Shown: piece by piece, positions 37,493 to 62,097 of the stretch
Numbering within the stretch: position 1 is the first letter of the stretch
Layout of the letters: each line of letters begins with the position of its first letter
From: the human T2T-CHM13v2.0 reference genome, Homo sapiens
Length of the DNA stretch: 64,000 bases
Strand: one strand, 5' to 3'
Assembly: GCF_009914755.1 (NCBI RefSeq)
Contig: NC_060943.1
Notes under the pieces: model-generated
The model's database searches: none
What the model was told of the DNA's origin: nothing
The model's input: only the letters and a program-made list of their open reading frames with translations
Made by a program: the position numbers and the translations under genes

Positions 37493-38074
37493 TCATCTTA
37501 GGAAACATTATTTTGTGTTCTTCAAAATGTGCATGTTAAGTATTCAAATCAGTCTTAAATTTTTAAAAATATGTAATTTTAGAAAATAATTTAAAAGGTT
37601 TTGTTTCAGTTTGTAAGATTTCTTTTCTGGCACTTTAATGGCTTGAGGTATCATTATCAGTTACAAATTGAGTTATTCTTCATCAAATGACTTTTGGAGT
37701 AGAGATTTTATTTTTATAGCAATAGATGCACAGATATTCCTGTAAGATACAGGTGTGGTTAGACACTTTTCTAGAACAGGCATGCCCTGCAAACTCCACA
37801 GACACTGACTGTTTTTGTCCTATTAAGAAGTAGACCACTGAGAAGGGAGAAGGTGACATTTTAGCTTTCCCAGGTAAAAGTGGTTTTCATCCTCACACCA
37901 ATTTTATGGACTGGACGTTAACTCTCTTGCTCAAGGTCACTCTGAGTGGAAGAGTGGGGATAAATCTGGTTCGTTTGGCATCAGAGGCCATGACTTTTCC
38001 TACCACAGAAGTAATTTTCAAAGTAAGTCTCTGCCCTAGGCACATCAGATCACCTGGGGACCACTCCAGAGTGA

Positions 38075-38422
<348 letters not shown>

Positions 38423-38475
38423 TAGAATAATGATCCAGCCATCTCATTCTAACAGCAATGAGAACTTAGGCTCCC

Positions 38476-38743
<268 letters not shown>

Positions 38744-39374
38744 TTAATTTCCATAAGTAACGTATGAGAATTCTAGGTCCTCCAAATAATTAGCAGTCCT
38801 TCGTAGTGTCAGTTTTTGTTTCAGCCTTCCTTATGGGTATGCTGTGGCATATCCCTGAGATTTTAATTCGCATTTTCCAGTGACTAAGGGTGTTGAACCA
38901 CTCGTGCCTTCCTGTGCCTATTTGACACTCCTATATTTTCTTTGGTGAAGTGTCTGTTCAATCATCTGCTCATTAAATTTTCCTTCGGTTGTTTGCCTTC
39001 TTATTGTTGGATTTTGAGAGTTCTATGTACAAGTCCTTTGTCAGTCGTGTGATTTGCAAGTCTTCTTCCTAGTCTCTGAAGTTTCTTTCTTTCATAGAGC
39101 AAACGTTTTAAATTTTTATGAAGTAAGACTTCTCAGTTTTATTTTTGGTGAATTATGTTTATACTGCCATATATAGGAACTCTTTGCTTAACTGGAGGTC
39201 ATGGAGATTTTCTCCTACATTTTCTTTTAAAAGTTTTATAGTTTCAGAGTTTACATGTAATTCCATAATCTCCATTTAGTTAAATTTTGTATGGGGTGTG
39301 AACTGTGGTTTGACTGTTTTCTTGTATATGGATATCCAATTGTTTCACACAATTTTTTTGAAAAGAATATCCTT

Positions 39375-39700
39375 GGCAGGGCACGGTAGCTCACACCTGT
39401 AATCCCAGCACTTTAGGAGGTCAAGGTGGGCAGATCATGAGGTCAGGAGTTTGAGACCAGCCTGGCCAATATGGTGAAACCACGTCTCTATTAAAAATAG
39501 AAAAATTAGCCAGGCGTGGTGGTGTGTGCCTGTATTCACAGCTGCTTGGATGGCTGAGGCAGGAGAATCGCTTGAACCCAGGAGTCAGAGGTTTCAGTGA
39601 GCCGAGATTGTGCCACTGCACTCCAGCCTGGGTGAAAGAGCTAGATTCTCTCTCTCAAAAAAAAAAAAAAAAAAAAGGAAAGAAAGAAAGAAAAGAAAAG
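39375..39700 (+). mobile_element. Alu SINE inserted in an antisense L1 (~38710-40250)
   Basis: Full Alu; flanks aaaagaatatcctt / aaaagaaaatcctt. Confidence 0.93.
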
Positions 39701-40187
39701 AAAATCCTTTTTGCTTTAACTTGCCTTGCAGGTTTGTAGAAAACTCAATTGTTGAAATTTGGGTGGATATATTTCTGGATTTTCTATTCTATTCCATGTT
39801 GGACCAATACCACACTGCCCTAGTCACTGTTGCATTATAGTATATCTTTAAAGGAGTAATGGGAATCCTTCAACTACATTTTTTCCCCAATAATTTTTGG
39901 CTATTCTGCTTCCTTTGTGTTTCTATGTAAATTTTATCATCAGTGTGTCTATTTCTACAAATAGTCCTGATAGGGTTTGAATTGGGATTTCTGTGAATCT
40001 ATAGATCAATCTGAGGAGACTTAATAATGATATTGATTCTCCCAATTCATGAATATAGTATACCCCTGTATTTATTTGTTTTCTTGAATTTCTTTTATCA
40101 TTGTTTTGTAGTTTTCACCATGACAGTCTTGCACATATTTTGTTAAATGTACAGCTGAGAATTTAATTTTTTCTGGTGTACAATGCT

Positions 40188-40193
40188 AATAAA
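40188..40193 (+). terminator. Distal poly(A) signal AATAAA of CYP4F3
   Basis: First canonical AATAAA I found after the stop; GU/U-rich downstream (gatgtgttcttcagttgttt); gives a ~5.05-kb mRNA. Confidence 0.7.
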
Positions 40194-40259
40194 ATGGTGC
40201 TTTAAAAGATGTGTTCTTCAGTTGTTTATTGTTAATACATGGTAGAAGTTTGTATCCTG

Positions 40260-40443
40260 TTTTTGTAAAAGGCCACATAGTCAATATTTTAGGTCTTGCA
40301 TGCCCTATCTGGTTTCTTCTTCTCTTTCTCCTTCTTCTCCTTGTGCCACCTTTTAAAATATAAAAACCATTCTTGGCTCATAGGCCATACATATACAGTA
40401 CACAGGCCATATTTGATCCATAGACCATGGTTTGCTGACCCTG
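40260..40443. mobile_element. MER58-like hAT DNA transposon fragment
   Basis: tgtaaaaggccacatagtcaatattttagg ... aaaaccattcttggctc ... gtttgctgacccctg. Confidence 0.6.
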
Positions 40444-41079
40444 GGATATAGGAATATGGTTGATTTTTGTATATTGTCTGTATATTGGATCATTCTTATT
40501 GGAATACAATAATGCTGTTATTTCCTCAGTCTTAAAACACTTCCCCTCTTGGCCTCATTTTCACACCAGTCGATGCTCCATTTCTTTGCCCCACTATGCA
40601 GCAAACTCCTTCAAAGAGTGACCCACATGTGGGTGTCAAATGTCTCCTCTCCCACTCCAAACAGGCTTTGAGAATCCTCTCAGGGGAGTGAGGGTTTATA
40701 AATGAGACATAAACCCACAGGACTCTGCTACATCTGTGTATGTAATTCTCAAAACACACTCAGGCCTGGTCTTGTTACTGGCTGCTATGAGACCTCCATC
40801 TTCTCCTGAGTGAGTGTGAAGGAGGCACTCTCTGCTGGACGGTTTGGGGACAACTGGCCCTATAGAGTCTTTATTAGTTTCATTGTATGTATGTGAGAGA
40901 GCAAGAGAAGACAGAGTGTGTGGGTATGTGACTCTATGTGTTTGTGTGACTGTGTGCAGTGTCGTAACAGCACATGTGTGTGCGTGCATACAGGCGCATA
41001 TGTGAGGCATTCTGACTGGTGTTAGGTGGCGTTTCATTGTGGTTTTGATTTGCATTTTTATATGATCAGTGATGTTGAA

Positions 41080-44000
41080 TGTCAGGACATGTTAAGATAT
41101 ATTGGAGCTATGTCACATGTTCCGGCTTTATGTCAGGAGATGGTAGAAAGTGCCAAGAAAGACGAAGTATACTAGGTCCCTGTAGAGGCATTTTGTAGTG
41201 TTGAGCTATGCTCAGGTTTTGCAGAACATGTTAGACTATTTTGGAGCCATGTCAAGTCGTACTGTAGCATGCTGTGCCATGTTAGGCTGTCATTGCTGCA
41301 CTGTGCTGCTATAGCCTGGTCTAGTCTCCTCTCTCCTCCCACATCCTCTCTTCTTCCTCTCTCTTTGGCCCTCTTCCTGCTATGTGGGGCTTGGAGGGGA
41401 GAAGTGCAAACCTCTAGCTGGGAGCCTTCCCCCAACCCCAAAGTCCCTCCTTTACCCACCTCCATGGCCCCTGATTGTCCCCATTCATGTCAGCCACCAT
41501 TGCACCAAAGGACAAGGTCTTCTACAGCTTCCTGAAGCCCTGGCTGGGGGAGTATCTGCAGGTGAACAGGGTTGGGAAATAAGTTGGGGGACCAGGGGAG
41601 GAAGATGACCTTGCCCATGGCCCTTGGCTGCCCTGCTAAGGGATGGGTTCCTGCTGAGTGCTGGTGACAAGTGGAGCTGCCACCGTGGGATGCTGATGCC
41701 TGCCTTCCATTTCAACATCCTGAAGCCCTATATGAAGATTTTCGATGAGAGTGTGAACATCATGCACGTGAGTTATTTGAAGCTAAGGTCCTAGCTGCAG
41801 ACTTGGGGTGGAGGGACCACAGACAGATCTGGTGTAGAATTTTGGCTCTGCTGGGTGGCATTGGGCCATTGTTCTTCCTCTCTGATCCCTAGTTTTGTTT
41901 TGTTTTTTTTTAATCTGTAAAATGGGTATAATAATCCCTACTTAAAAGGTGGTCAAGGTGATGTAATGGAGTCATGTCCCTGGTGCATAGTAGGTGCCCA
42001 GAAGGTGTCTGTTTCTATGATTCTGTCACCCAAGCCCTATAAAATCAAGAGGGTCATGACGACAATTGCACAGTAGCTGTTGCTGATAAGAAACCACTTG
42101 AAAACTCATTGGTTTAAAACAATAAAGGTTTATGAATGTTAATAAGTCTATGGGACAGTTGGCAGGTCCTTCTCTATGTGGAAGGGATCAGTCATGGTAC
42201 ATGAGCAACCTGGAGTCAGGTAGGCAGCCTTGCAGGTGTTGGCTGAGTTCTCTCAATGTTTGGGTTTTGGCTGGCTTCAGACTGATACAGATGGCCTCAG
42301 CTGGGACCCCTGGATGTTCCTCCATGTGATTCTCTCCTTCCAGAAGGCACCCCGTGGTTCACAATGCAGGCAGGCAGGTTTCCACGGAGTGGCACGAGGC
42401 TTAGCTTCATTAGTTATTACCTCATCATTTTCACCACATTGCATTTCATCATTGAAAGCCATAATCCCAGCACACAATCAGAAAAGGAGAGGAGGAGTAA
42501 AATAGGCTCTGTCTCTTAAGGAAAGTCGCTAAAAAATCACATTGCAAAGCGTGTGGATATGGGGGTAAGTGAAGAATTGGGGCGAGGGTTTTGTGAAGTC
42601 TCCAGGTTTTATTAAACTTGCAAATTGATAAGTTAGCTTGTTACTATTTCATGGATTCTGCCAGAAGACAGGAGACTCCTGGGTCAGAGGCAAAGGGTGG
42701 TTTATTACTCATGGCACAGCAAGGAGTATGTGTTTCCTGTCAGATTGCATTGTTTCTCCAGGATACCCAAATCCCTTCGGGTGACATTGTTGGGCTTTTA
42801 TAAATGCCTGCTCAGGTAGTATGTTGCATTACAGGGAAGGAGCATTAGGCTTAGGGAATAGCAAGCAAAGTAAGCCTGATACGGGTCCAAAGGGAGTCAT
42901 TACCTTATTCTTGAACACTGTTCTCTGCACACACAACTCTCAGAAATGGCTGAAGTTAAGAACTCAGTGTTTTGCATTTTTAGCATACCCAAAAGGGATA
43001 CTCAGGGCTCATGGAGGACTTCCTGTCCCAACATAGAGATATTTTTGTAATCAATTTATAACAAGGCAGATAAGGAAAGCCAACATTTATTGAACCCTCA
43101 CTATATGCCATAAACAATGCCATGTGCCCATCCCATGGTATGAGTGTATATTGACTGATTTGATGTTCACTGTTCTTTGAAGGAGATATTTTTGCCTCAC
43201 TGTAGAGGATGAAGCTGTGGGTCTGAGAGATTAGGGAGCTTGCCCAAGTTCACCCAGCTAATAAGTGAGCTTGGAGTAGTGAAACAGGGTTTCTAACCTT
43301 GTTTATGTGGCACCAAGGCAATCATCTCAACTGTTCCTCAAGATTTGACAGGTAGAACATAGGGAAGGATAAGGAGTTCGTTCACCAAGGACATTCAGAG
43401 CTGGAACTTGAACCCAGGTCTCCTGACTCCCAGTCTTGCATCTCCATCTCTTAATATTAACAACTTTTACTCTCACTGCAATTTGGTTACCCCTGGGGAG
43501 GGATTCTTGGGGAGAAAATGAAGAGGCTGGAATAGTGTGCCTTGGTGGTTGGGTTTGGGAGGGGCTCAAGGAAGCCAGGGACAAGCACCAGCTCTGTCCC
43601 CATCTCTGGCTAGGCCAAGTGGCACCTCTTGACCTTGGAGCACAATGCCTGTCTCGACATGTTTGAGCACATGAACCTCATGACCTTGGATAGTCTGCAG
43701 AAATGTGTCTTCAGCTTTGACAGCCAATGTCAGGAGTGAGTCTTTGCCCAGTGGCTGGGAATTTGAGCCATGGACCCAAAGGAGTAGGCTGGGGGAGAGA
43801 GAACTGATGAGGGCAAGCAGAAGTGCCTACCTGGAGGAGTTGTGTCACAGTCTTTGAATGACTGGTATAAACATTATCATGAGGTTTCCAGGGAGATATT
43901 GAAGGGGTTTGAGCTAATGGGCATGGTCAGAGCTGAGTTCTGTGAGGGACTGACTGTAGTGTGGACACTAAATGGAGTTGACATTGGATGCAGGGAGGCT

Positions 44001-46320
44001 AGGGTAGGGTAGAGACAGTTGGAAGAGGATGAGGTCTGATCTTTGTGAACAGTTTCAGGAAGGAGAAGGGGCAGGATTATATACCGGGGGCAGGGGAGAG
44101 AGAATAAATGCATGATGTTCAAGTTATGCTCTGGGTGCCTAGGGGCATGAAGGCATCTCACAGAGATGGGATGCAGGGAGATAAGGGCTTGGAGAATCAA
44201 TCTCATAGCTGACCCCCTCTCTGTATGTGTGGGGTCATCTGTTTCTGTATACTCTGTTTCCTGATAGGAGGTAGCTCCTAGCTGCTGATGGGAGGTGCTT
44301 CTGGGGCTTCAGACATGTTAAGTTGTTGCCTCCCTTTCTGCCCTTATCCTTCAGGAAGCCCAGTGAATATATTGCCTCTGTCTTGGAGCTCAGTTCCCTT
44401 GTGGCAAAAAGAAACCAGCAGATCCTCCTGCACATGGACTTCCTGTATTATCTCACCCATGATGGGCGGCACTTCCACAGGGCCTGCCGCCTGGGGCATG
44501 ACTTTGCAGACGCTGCCATCCAGGAGAAACGCCACACCCTCCCTAGCCAGGGTGTTGATGACTTCCTCCAAGCCAAAGCCAAGTCCAAGACCTTGGACTT
44601 CATTGATGTGCTCCTGATTAGCAAAGTGGGCTTCTCTGAGATTTGAATTCAAGAAGCAGAAGGGAGCTTAATGTCAAATATCAGATCAAAGAACTTAGAC
44701 TTGATCCAGAGGGCACTGGGGAGTCATGGCAGGTGCTTGAGGAAGGGAGAGACAGGTCAGAGATAGGTTTTAGAGATGACTTTGCTGAATGCACCTAGCA
44801 GGGGACTGCTAGATGTGAAACTGACAAGTATAAGATTTTACTCTATTTATGCATTAATAAGCTAGTCTATATAAGTATTAATATATCTATATCTATATCT
44901 ATATCTATATCTATATCTATATCTATATCTATATCTAATGTCTAGGTCATTGTCCATGCCTGAATTTGTGTCTGTGTCCATGACTATGTCTGTGTCTTTG
45001 TCTTTGTCATTGCGAGTGTCTGTCTTTGTATCTGCTTCTTTTTCTTTCGTTGTGTCTATATCTATGTCTTTGTGTCTTTTCTATGTCTGTGTCTGTCTTT
45101 TCTTTGTCTATATCTTTGTCAATGTCTATGTTTATGTCTTTGTGTATGTCTGTTTATATCTTTATGTATGTCTTCATCTCAGTCTTTATGTCTATGTTTA
45201 GTGTCTTTTCTGTGTCAATGTCTATATCTAGATCTATGTGTCTTTGTTCATGTCATATCTGTGTATCTATGTCTTTGTCTTTTTCTGTGCCTGTGTCTTT
45301 GTCTATGTCTATGTATATTTCTGTGTCTCTTTGTCTATGTGTATGTGTATGTGTATGTGTATGTCTATGTCTGTGTCTATCTCTTTCTCTTTGTCGATGT
45401 CTGTCTATGTATTTATCTACATCTTTGTCAATGTCTGTCTTTGTCTATGTCTGTGCCTATGTCTATGTCATGTTTATGCCTTTGTATATGCTCATGTCTA
45501 TATCTTTCTCTATGTCTGTGTCTGTCTTTGTCTAATTCTTGGTCTTTGTCAATGTCTACATCTTTGTCTATGTCTGTGTCTTTGTCTGTTTCTTTTCTTT
45601 TTCTCTTTCTTTCTTTTTTTTTTTTTTTTGAGAAAGATTCTTGCTCTGTTGCCAGGCTGGAGTGCATGCAATGGCATGATCTCGGCTCACTGCAACCCCT
45701 GCCTCCTGGGTTCAAGTGATTCTGCTTCAGCCTCCTGAGTAGCTGGGACTACGAGTGCCCGCCACCACGCCCAGCTAATTTTTGTATTTTTAGTAGAGAT
45801 GGGATTTCACCATGTTGGCCAGGGTGCGCTAGATCTTCTGACCTTGTGATCTGCCTGCCTTGACCTCCCAAAGTGCAGGGATTACAGGAGTGAGCCACGG
45901 TGCCCAGCGTCTTTGTCTGTTTCTATTTATGTCTACATCTACATCTTTCCCTACGTTTATGACTTTGCCTATGTCTATACCTTTGTCTATGTCTATATCT
46001 TTGTCTATATTTGTGTCTGTGTCTATGTCTATATCTATGTCTTTCTCTATGTTTATGTCTATGTCTTTTTCTGTCCATGACTTTTTCTATTGTGACAGAT
46101 GTCTATTGTAACAAGTGCATTGAACACCTGGATCACAGCAGCCCATTTATTGCTCACAGTGACACTAGCAGCCGGAGTAGGATTGTAGCATTGGCTTTCA
46201 TTCCCAAATCACATTTCTCCAAGAGCAATGCAATGTTTTTATCTGTATGTGGAACAGTGTTTGCGCCCTAGGAGAGGGGCTCCACATTACGAGTCTTGGC
46301 ACATTTTCTATTTATTTTCT

Positions 46321-46362
<42 letters not shown>

Positions 46363-47550
46363 CAAGAGAGAGTGCTTTATTCTGAAGCATAAACCAATTC
46401 TCTCCAGTGAGATGTAATAGTCTGTAGACTTACAACACAAATGTCTTCAGGGGAAATAAATAAGATTGTCTGCATTTACCACACTGGAATGTGAGTATAC
46501 ATCTTTGGAGCAATACTTAATCTCTAACTTCCAAGGCGAATTGTTATTTAATTATCCTGTAAGCTCATTTGCCAGTAACTTTTTCTCAGAAAGTTCTCAA
46601 CATGTAGAAACATGAAAATATTCATGTGTCGTTGATTCTTCCCACCAGGGACAAAAGAAGAAGGAAGGAAGCCAGTGAGGAAGATTGCATGGTGTGGGCT
46701 CTGGTGATGGTGACCAAGAGACATCTAGGAGTGCAAGCTGGGCTTGGGTTTCTGGAAAGAGGATGGATCTTCAGAGTTTATTTCATGTTAGACTGAGGAG
46801 TCCTCAGAGCTTGTGTGGTTTTCAAGGGTGTTTTTCCTTCTCTCCAGGATGAAGATGGGAAGGAGTTGTCTGATGAGGACATAAGAGTGTAGGCTGACAC
46901 CTTCATGTTTGAGGGAGAGGATCCCAGTGAGGACCAAGATGTCTCATCCCAGGGACGTGGTGGGTGGACCCTGGATGGCTTCACCCTTCCCATCCCCCTT
47001 CCCCCATCCTCTCTGAGGCCCTCAATCCATGGGTGCTGTCCACCCTGTTGTGCTGAAGCAGCCCAGAGACCCAAGACTGCCTGGCTGCCCCTCAGGCTAT
47101 GACACCAGGACCAGTGGTCTCTCCTGGGTCCAGTACAACCTTGCAATGCACCCAGAATGCCAGGAGCGCTGCGGGCAGGAAAGGCAAGAGTTTCTGAAGG
47201 TCTGGGAGCCTAAAGAGATTGAATGGTGAGTGCAGGTGCTGGTGGCTGTTCCTGAGCTCCATGACTCATGTTGGCAATGCCGATGGCTCTGCTCCCCAGG
47301 TGGGGATGGGAGGAGGAGTTGTTTTTGTCTATTCTGCTACTATTGCTTAGTGGGAGTAGGAGTAGAGGATGACAGGCAAGGCTTAATACCCAGTCTGGCT
47401 ATCAGGGGAGAAGTTGCAGGCTGTTTGGACAGCAAAGATCTGCTCTGCTGAGAGAATTGGTGACAACATGTGAGGGGAGATGATGCCACTTAACACATGT
47501 TTAGTAGATGAACTTCCCCTTTACTCCCTTCTTTTTATCCCTGAAATGTC
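41080..47550 (+). pseudogene. CYP4F10P: Truncated unprocessed CYP4F pseudogene (homologues of CYP4F3 exons 5-10)
   Basis: Pseudo-exons 41494-41547 (donor GT>GG), 41640-41767 (acceptor AG>AA), 43614-43735, 44355-44625, 46848-46914 (in-frame TAG 46890-46892; donor GT>GA), 47096-47225 (GYDTR); no anchor or heme exons; name assigned from its position between CYP4F3 and CYP4F12. Confidence 0.9.
44880..46100. repeat. (TATATC)n and degenerate (TGTCTA)n tract with an antisense Alu (45600-45908)
   Basis: Direct reading; Alu target-site duplication gtctttgtctgtttct. Confidence 0.9.
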
Positions 47551-48699
47551 ATTTTGCATGCATAATCTGTTTTCGTTATTGCAACAACCTTGTGAGGTGC
47601 TGCTGCTGAAACGCCCATTTACGGACGTGAAGGAGCACAGCCTGGTGGTGAGGGGGGCACAATGTGAGGCTGGGTGGGTGGTCTGGGTGCACAGCCCAGA
47701 TCCACCAGCTCTATGACTGTGGGTAGTCACTCAAATATTTTTCAGACTTGATTTCTCATTTGTAAAATGGAAAAACAAAATGGTTAATACAGTTAAAAGA
47801 CTTAAAACAGGCTCCATGACTCATGTTGGCAATGTTGATGGCCGCCATTCCTGCTCTAACCTGCTTGCCCATCCCAGGCACACAGGAGGTCTGCAGTGAG
47901 CTGAGCCCCTCTAGCCACTGGGGGCACTTTCTTCTGTGTCCCTAGGACCCTGCCTGTTCATCAACCTCTGGCTTTGCTCTCTGAGCCTAAGAAGGATGGA
48001 ACCACCAGCAGGTGAGGTCTGTCCTTGCAGAGGTAGTGGGGATTTTGGGGGATGCACCCTACGCGAATGAGGCTGTAGGACCAGGTGCCTGAATCCCCTG
48101 GCTGATTGAGCTGGCAGGGGTAGTGGGGTGGGGGTGGTCTAGGGGCTCCCCAGTACCCAGCCAGTGTCAGGAGTACTGTCTTCCCCACCCTCCTGCTCAG
48201 CAGTTCTGCTAGGAGCCCCCTCCTTCAAGCGCCCCCTCACCTGAGTCCACCCCACAGGGCAATTCAGGACAGGATCTAGGGAGGGCCAGGAGGGGAGCCC
48301 TGGATCTGTTGGGAGGAGAATCCTGCATGTGGGAGAAGGAGCCAGGTGCTGATCCAAGGGCCTCAAGATATTCCCCCTTTGGGGCTATCACACTGCCTGA
48401 GATTACTCCATTATAAATGTCCCTATATTAATATGGCATTGACACTAAAGAATGGGGGTGGAGCAGCATGGCAGAGGGAACGGATTTGGACTTGAGGGTC
48501 TCATAGTCTTGAGTTCCTATGAGCTCTGCAACTTGGACTAGAGGCCTGCCCTCTCTGAGCCTCAGTTTGCTTTTGTGTTAAATAGACACCTTCCCTCCTC
48601 TGGATGCCATCACCCAGGTCTCTTCAACAATGCCCAGGGTTCTGGCCTAGGGAGCTGTTGGGAGGGTGGTGGGACAGCTTTGGGCATTGTGATGCAGGT

Positions 48700-49565
48700 G
48701 AGCATCTGATACAAGCAGGTGCACGTTATATAGAGCACCTGGCACATAGTAGGTGCACCTTATGTAGAGCACCTGGCACACAGTAGGTGTACTTTATGTG
48801 GCGTACCTAGCACATAGTAGGTACACTTTATGCGGCATACCTGGCACACAGTAGGTGCTCTTTATGTAGCATATCTGGCACACAATAAGGCACACTTTAT
48901 ATAGTGTACCTGGCACACAGTGTGTGTGCTTTATGTCAAGTATGTTGCACCGAGTAGTTTTACTTTATGTAGGGGACCTAACACACGGGAGAAGCATTTT
49001 ATGTGGAACATCTGGCACACAGTAGGTGTGCTTTATTTAGAGCACCTGGCACACAGCAAGCATGGTTTATATAAAGGGCCAGAGACTCAAGATACAGGTT
49101 TTGTGAAGGGCTCCCAGCATACAGTAGACACTCTTTATGTTGAGCACCTGGCACACAGTAGGTGCACTATATGTAGAATAGCCAGCACACAGTAGACAAG
49201 ATTTATGTAGATTACTTGATGCAGAGTAGGTGCGCTTTCTGTGGGTCACCAGGTACATAGTAGACATGCTCAATGTGGAGCACCTGACACACAGTAGGTA
49301 TGCTTTATATACAGCACATGGCACAGAGTAGGCACGCTTTATATGAAGTACTCTGCATAAAGTAAGCTTACATTATGTACAGCATGCTGCACACAGTAGG
49401 TGAGCTTTATGTGGCATACCTGGCACATAGTAGACAGAATTTATGTAGAGTATCTGATACACAGTAAGTGCACTTTATATAGTGAGACTGGCACACAGTA
49501 GGTGCACACAGTAGTGCTTTCCGTACAGTCTTTCGCATGGAGTAGAGACAGGCACACAGCAGCTC
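48700..49565 (+). repeat. Degenerate 34-bp tandem array (~24 units) upstream of CYP4F12
   Basis: Consensus agagcacctggcacacagtaggtgcactttatgt. Confidence 0.92.
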
Positions 49566-50486
49566 AAGTGCTAGTTGTCATCCCCTTCCCTTCAGTCCCT
49601 CTTTTTGGAGCTCCCTTTTCTTAGGAGCCTTCCTCCGTCACCCTCTAAGGCCTCATCTGACATCCCATTTCCCAGATGGGAAGCCTGAGCCCAGGATGGC
49701 CACACTGCCCACAGTCAGAGAAAGGACAGGGCAGAACAAGGACTCCACTCAGGATCCCCTTGCTCTGCCCTCCCCTGCCTGGACCCCGTCAGCTCAAGGC
49801 CCCTCTCAGCCTCATCCCCTGTGCTTCCGCTCTGTCCTCCTAAGCTGAGCCCAGCTTCTAGGTTTGCTCCTCCAGCTGGGCTCTTTATCCCCAGAATCTG
49901 ACGAAGGTAATCCTCAGCGGGGTTGGGGCTGGATTCTTTCTTCCTGCTTCAAGCAGTCAGGCCTCAACTCAGGCCCTGGGCTGCCAGGAGGCAGGACTTG
50001 AACTCTTGCCAGGCTGTGAAGCCAGAGATGAGAGGCTTCTGTCTCTGAATCTCCTAAGTCTGCACCAAGATGTAGTGCCTGACATCCTCCCCGCCCATGT
50101 TTGGAGAGGAGCCCAGATGATCTGGGACAAGGGTTGGCCTGGCCCAGCTCAGCTGGCTGCCAACTGTCATGATAAGTATATGCTTTTATCTGAACACCCT
50201 TGTCTTGGAAGGGCAGGGTGGAGGTAAACTTGGGGTTCAGAGTCCCCTCTAACCACCCTCCAACTTCCCCTGCAAACTCCCAAGAAGGTACTGAGACCTG
50301 AGAATTCAGTGCTCGTGCTGGGGCACCCTGAGCTGCACCCAGTGGGCCCAACCCCAGGTTTTGGCTGGCTGCCCAGGCACGGAAGACACACCCAGGCTGT
50401 GGGGATTGGCTGCCTCAGCCCAGCCCAGCCCAGCCCCGCCTCCTACGGCCTTCCTTAGATCAGGGGCCAGGGCCAAAGACCTCCCA

Positions 50487-50534
50487 GCAGAAGAGGAGAA
50501 GAGGTTGTGTGGGACAAGCTGCTCCCGACAGAAG
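50487..50534 (+). other. CYP4F12: CYP4F12 non-coding exon 1 (start approximate)
   Basis: Homologous to CYP4F3 exon 1; ends cgacagaag|gtacca. Confidence 0.72.
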
Positions 50535-50928
50535 GTACCAGGCTGGGGGTGGCAGGGCTGGAAGGTCCTGGCCTGGGATGAAGAGGGGACTGCCTAAGGC
50601 TGGGGTGGCTCCAAGATGCTGGCATGGGAAACTGGGGGTTTCCTGGTAAATGGACTCCTAGCAAACTCCCAAGGATTCAGGTGGGGCCCTTCTGGACTCT
50701 AATCAGCCCATCTCTTTCCCTTTCTGTGTGGTTACCAGGTCACTGGAGGCCACTTGGTTGTTGGTTTTGGTTGGGACTTTCTGCACTTTAGATCTCAGCC
50801 CTTGTTTACTCACCCCTGAGCCCTCCCTGCCCTGCCCCCAGCAGTTCCTGACTTCGCCCCTATACACTGTCCCTGGAGCTCTTCCCTGGGCCTCAGGTCC
50901 TCACCCTTCATCCCCTCTGCCCTGCAGG

Positions 50929-62097
<11,169 letters not shown>

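Noticed and set aside
41080-47550. A fourth functional CYP4F gene
   Set aside because: In-frame TAG, two dead donors, one dead acceptor, and no anchor or heme-binding exons
48700-49565. 34-bp periodic arrays (here and 15790-17265) as CRISPR-like repeat-spacer arrays
   Set aside because: Units are contiguous degenerate copies with no unique spacers, there are no cas genes, and the context is mammalian
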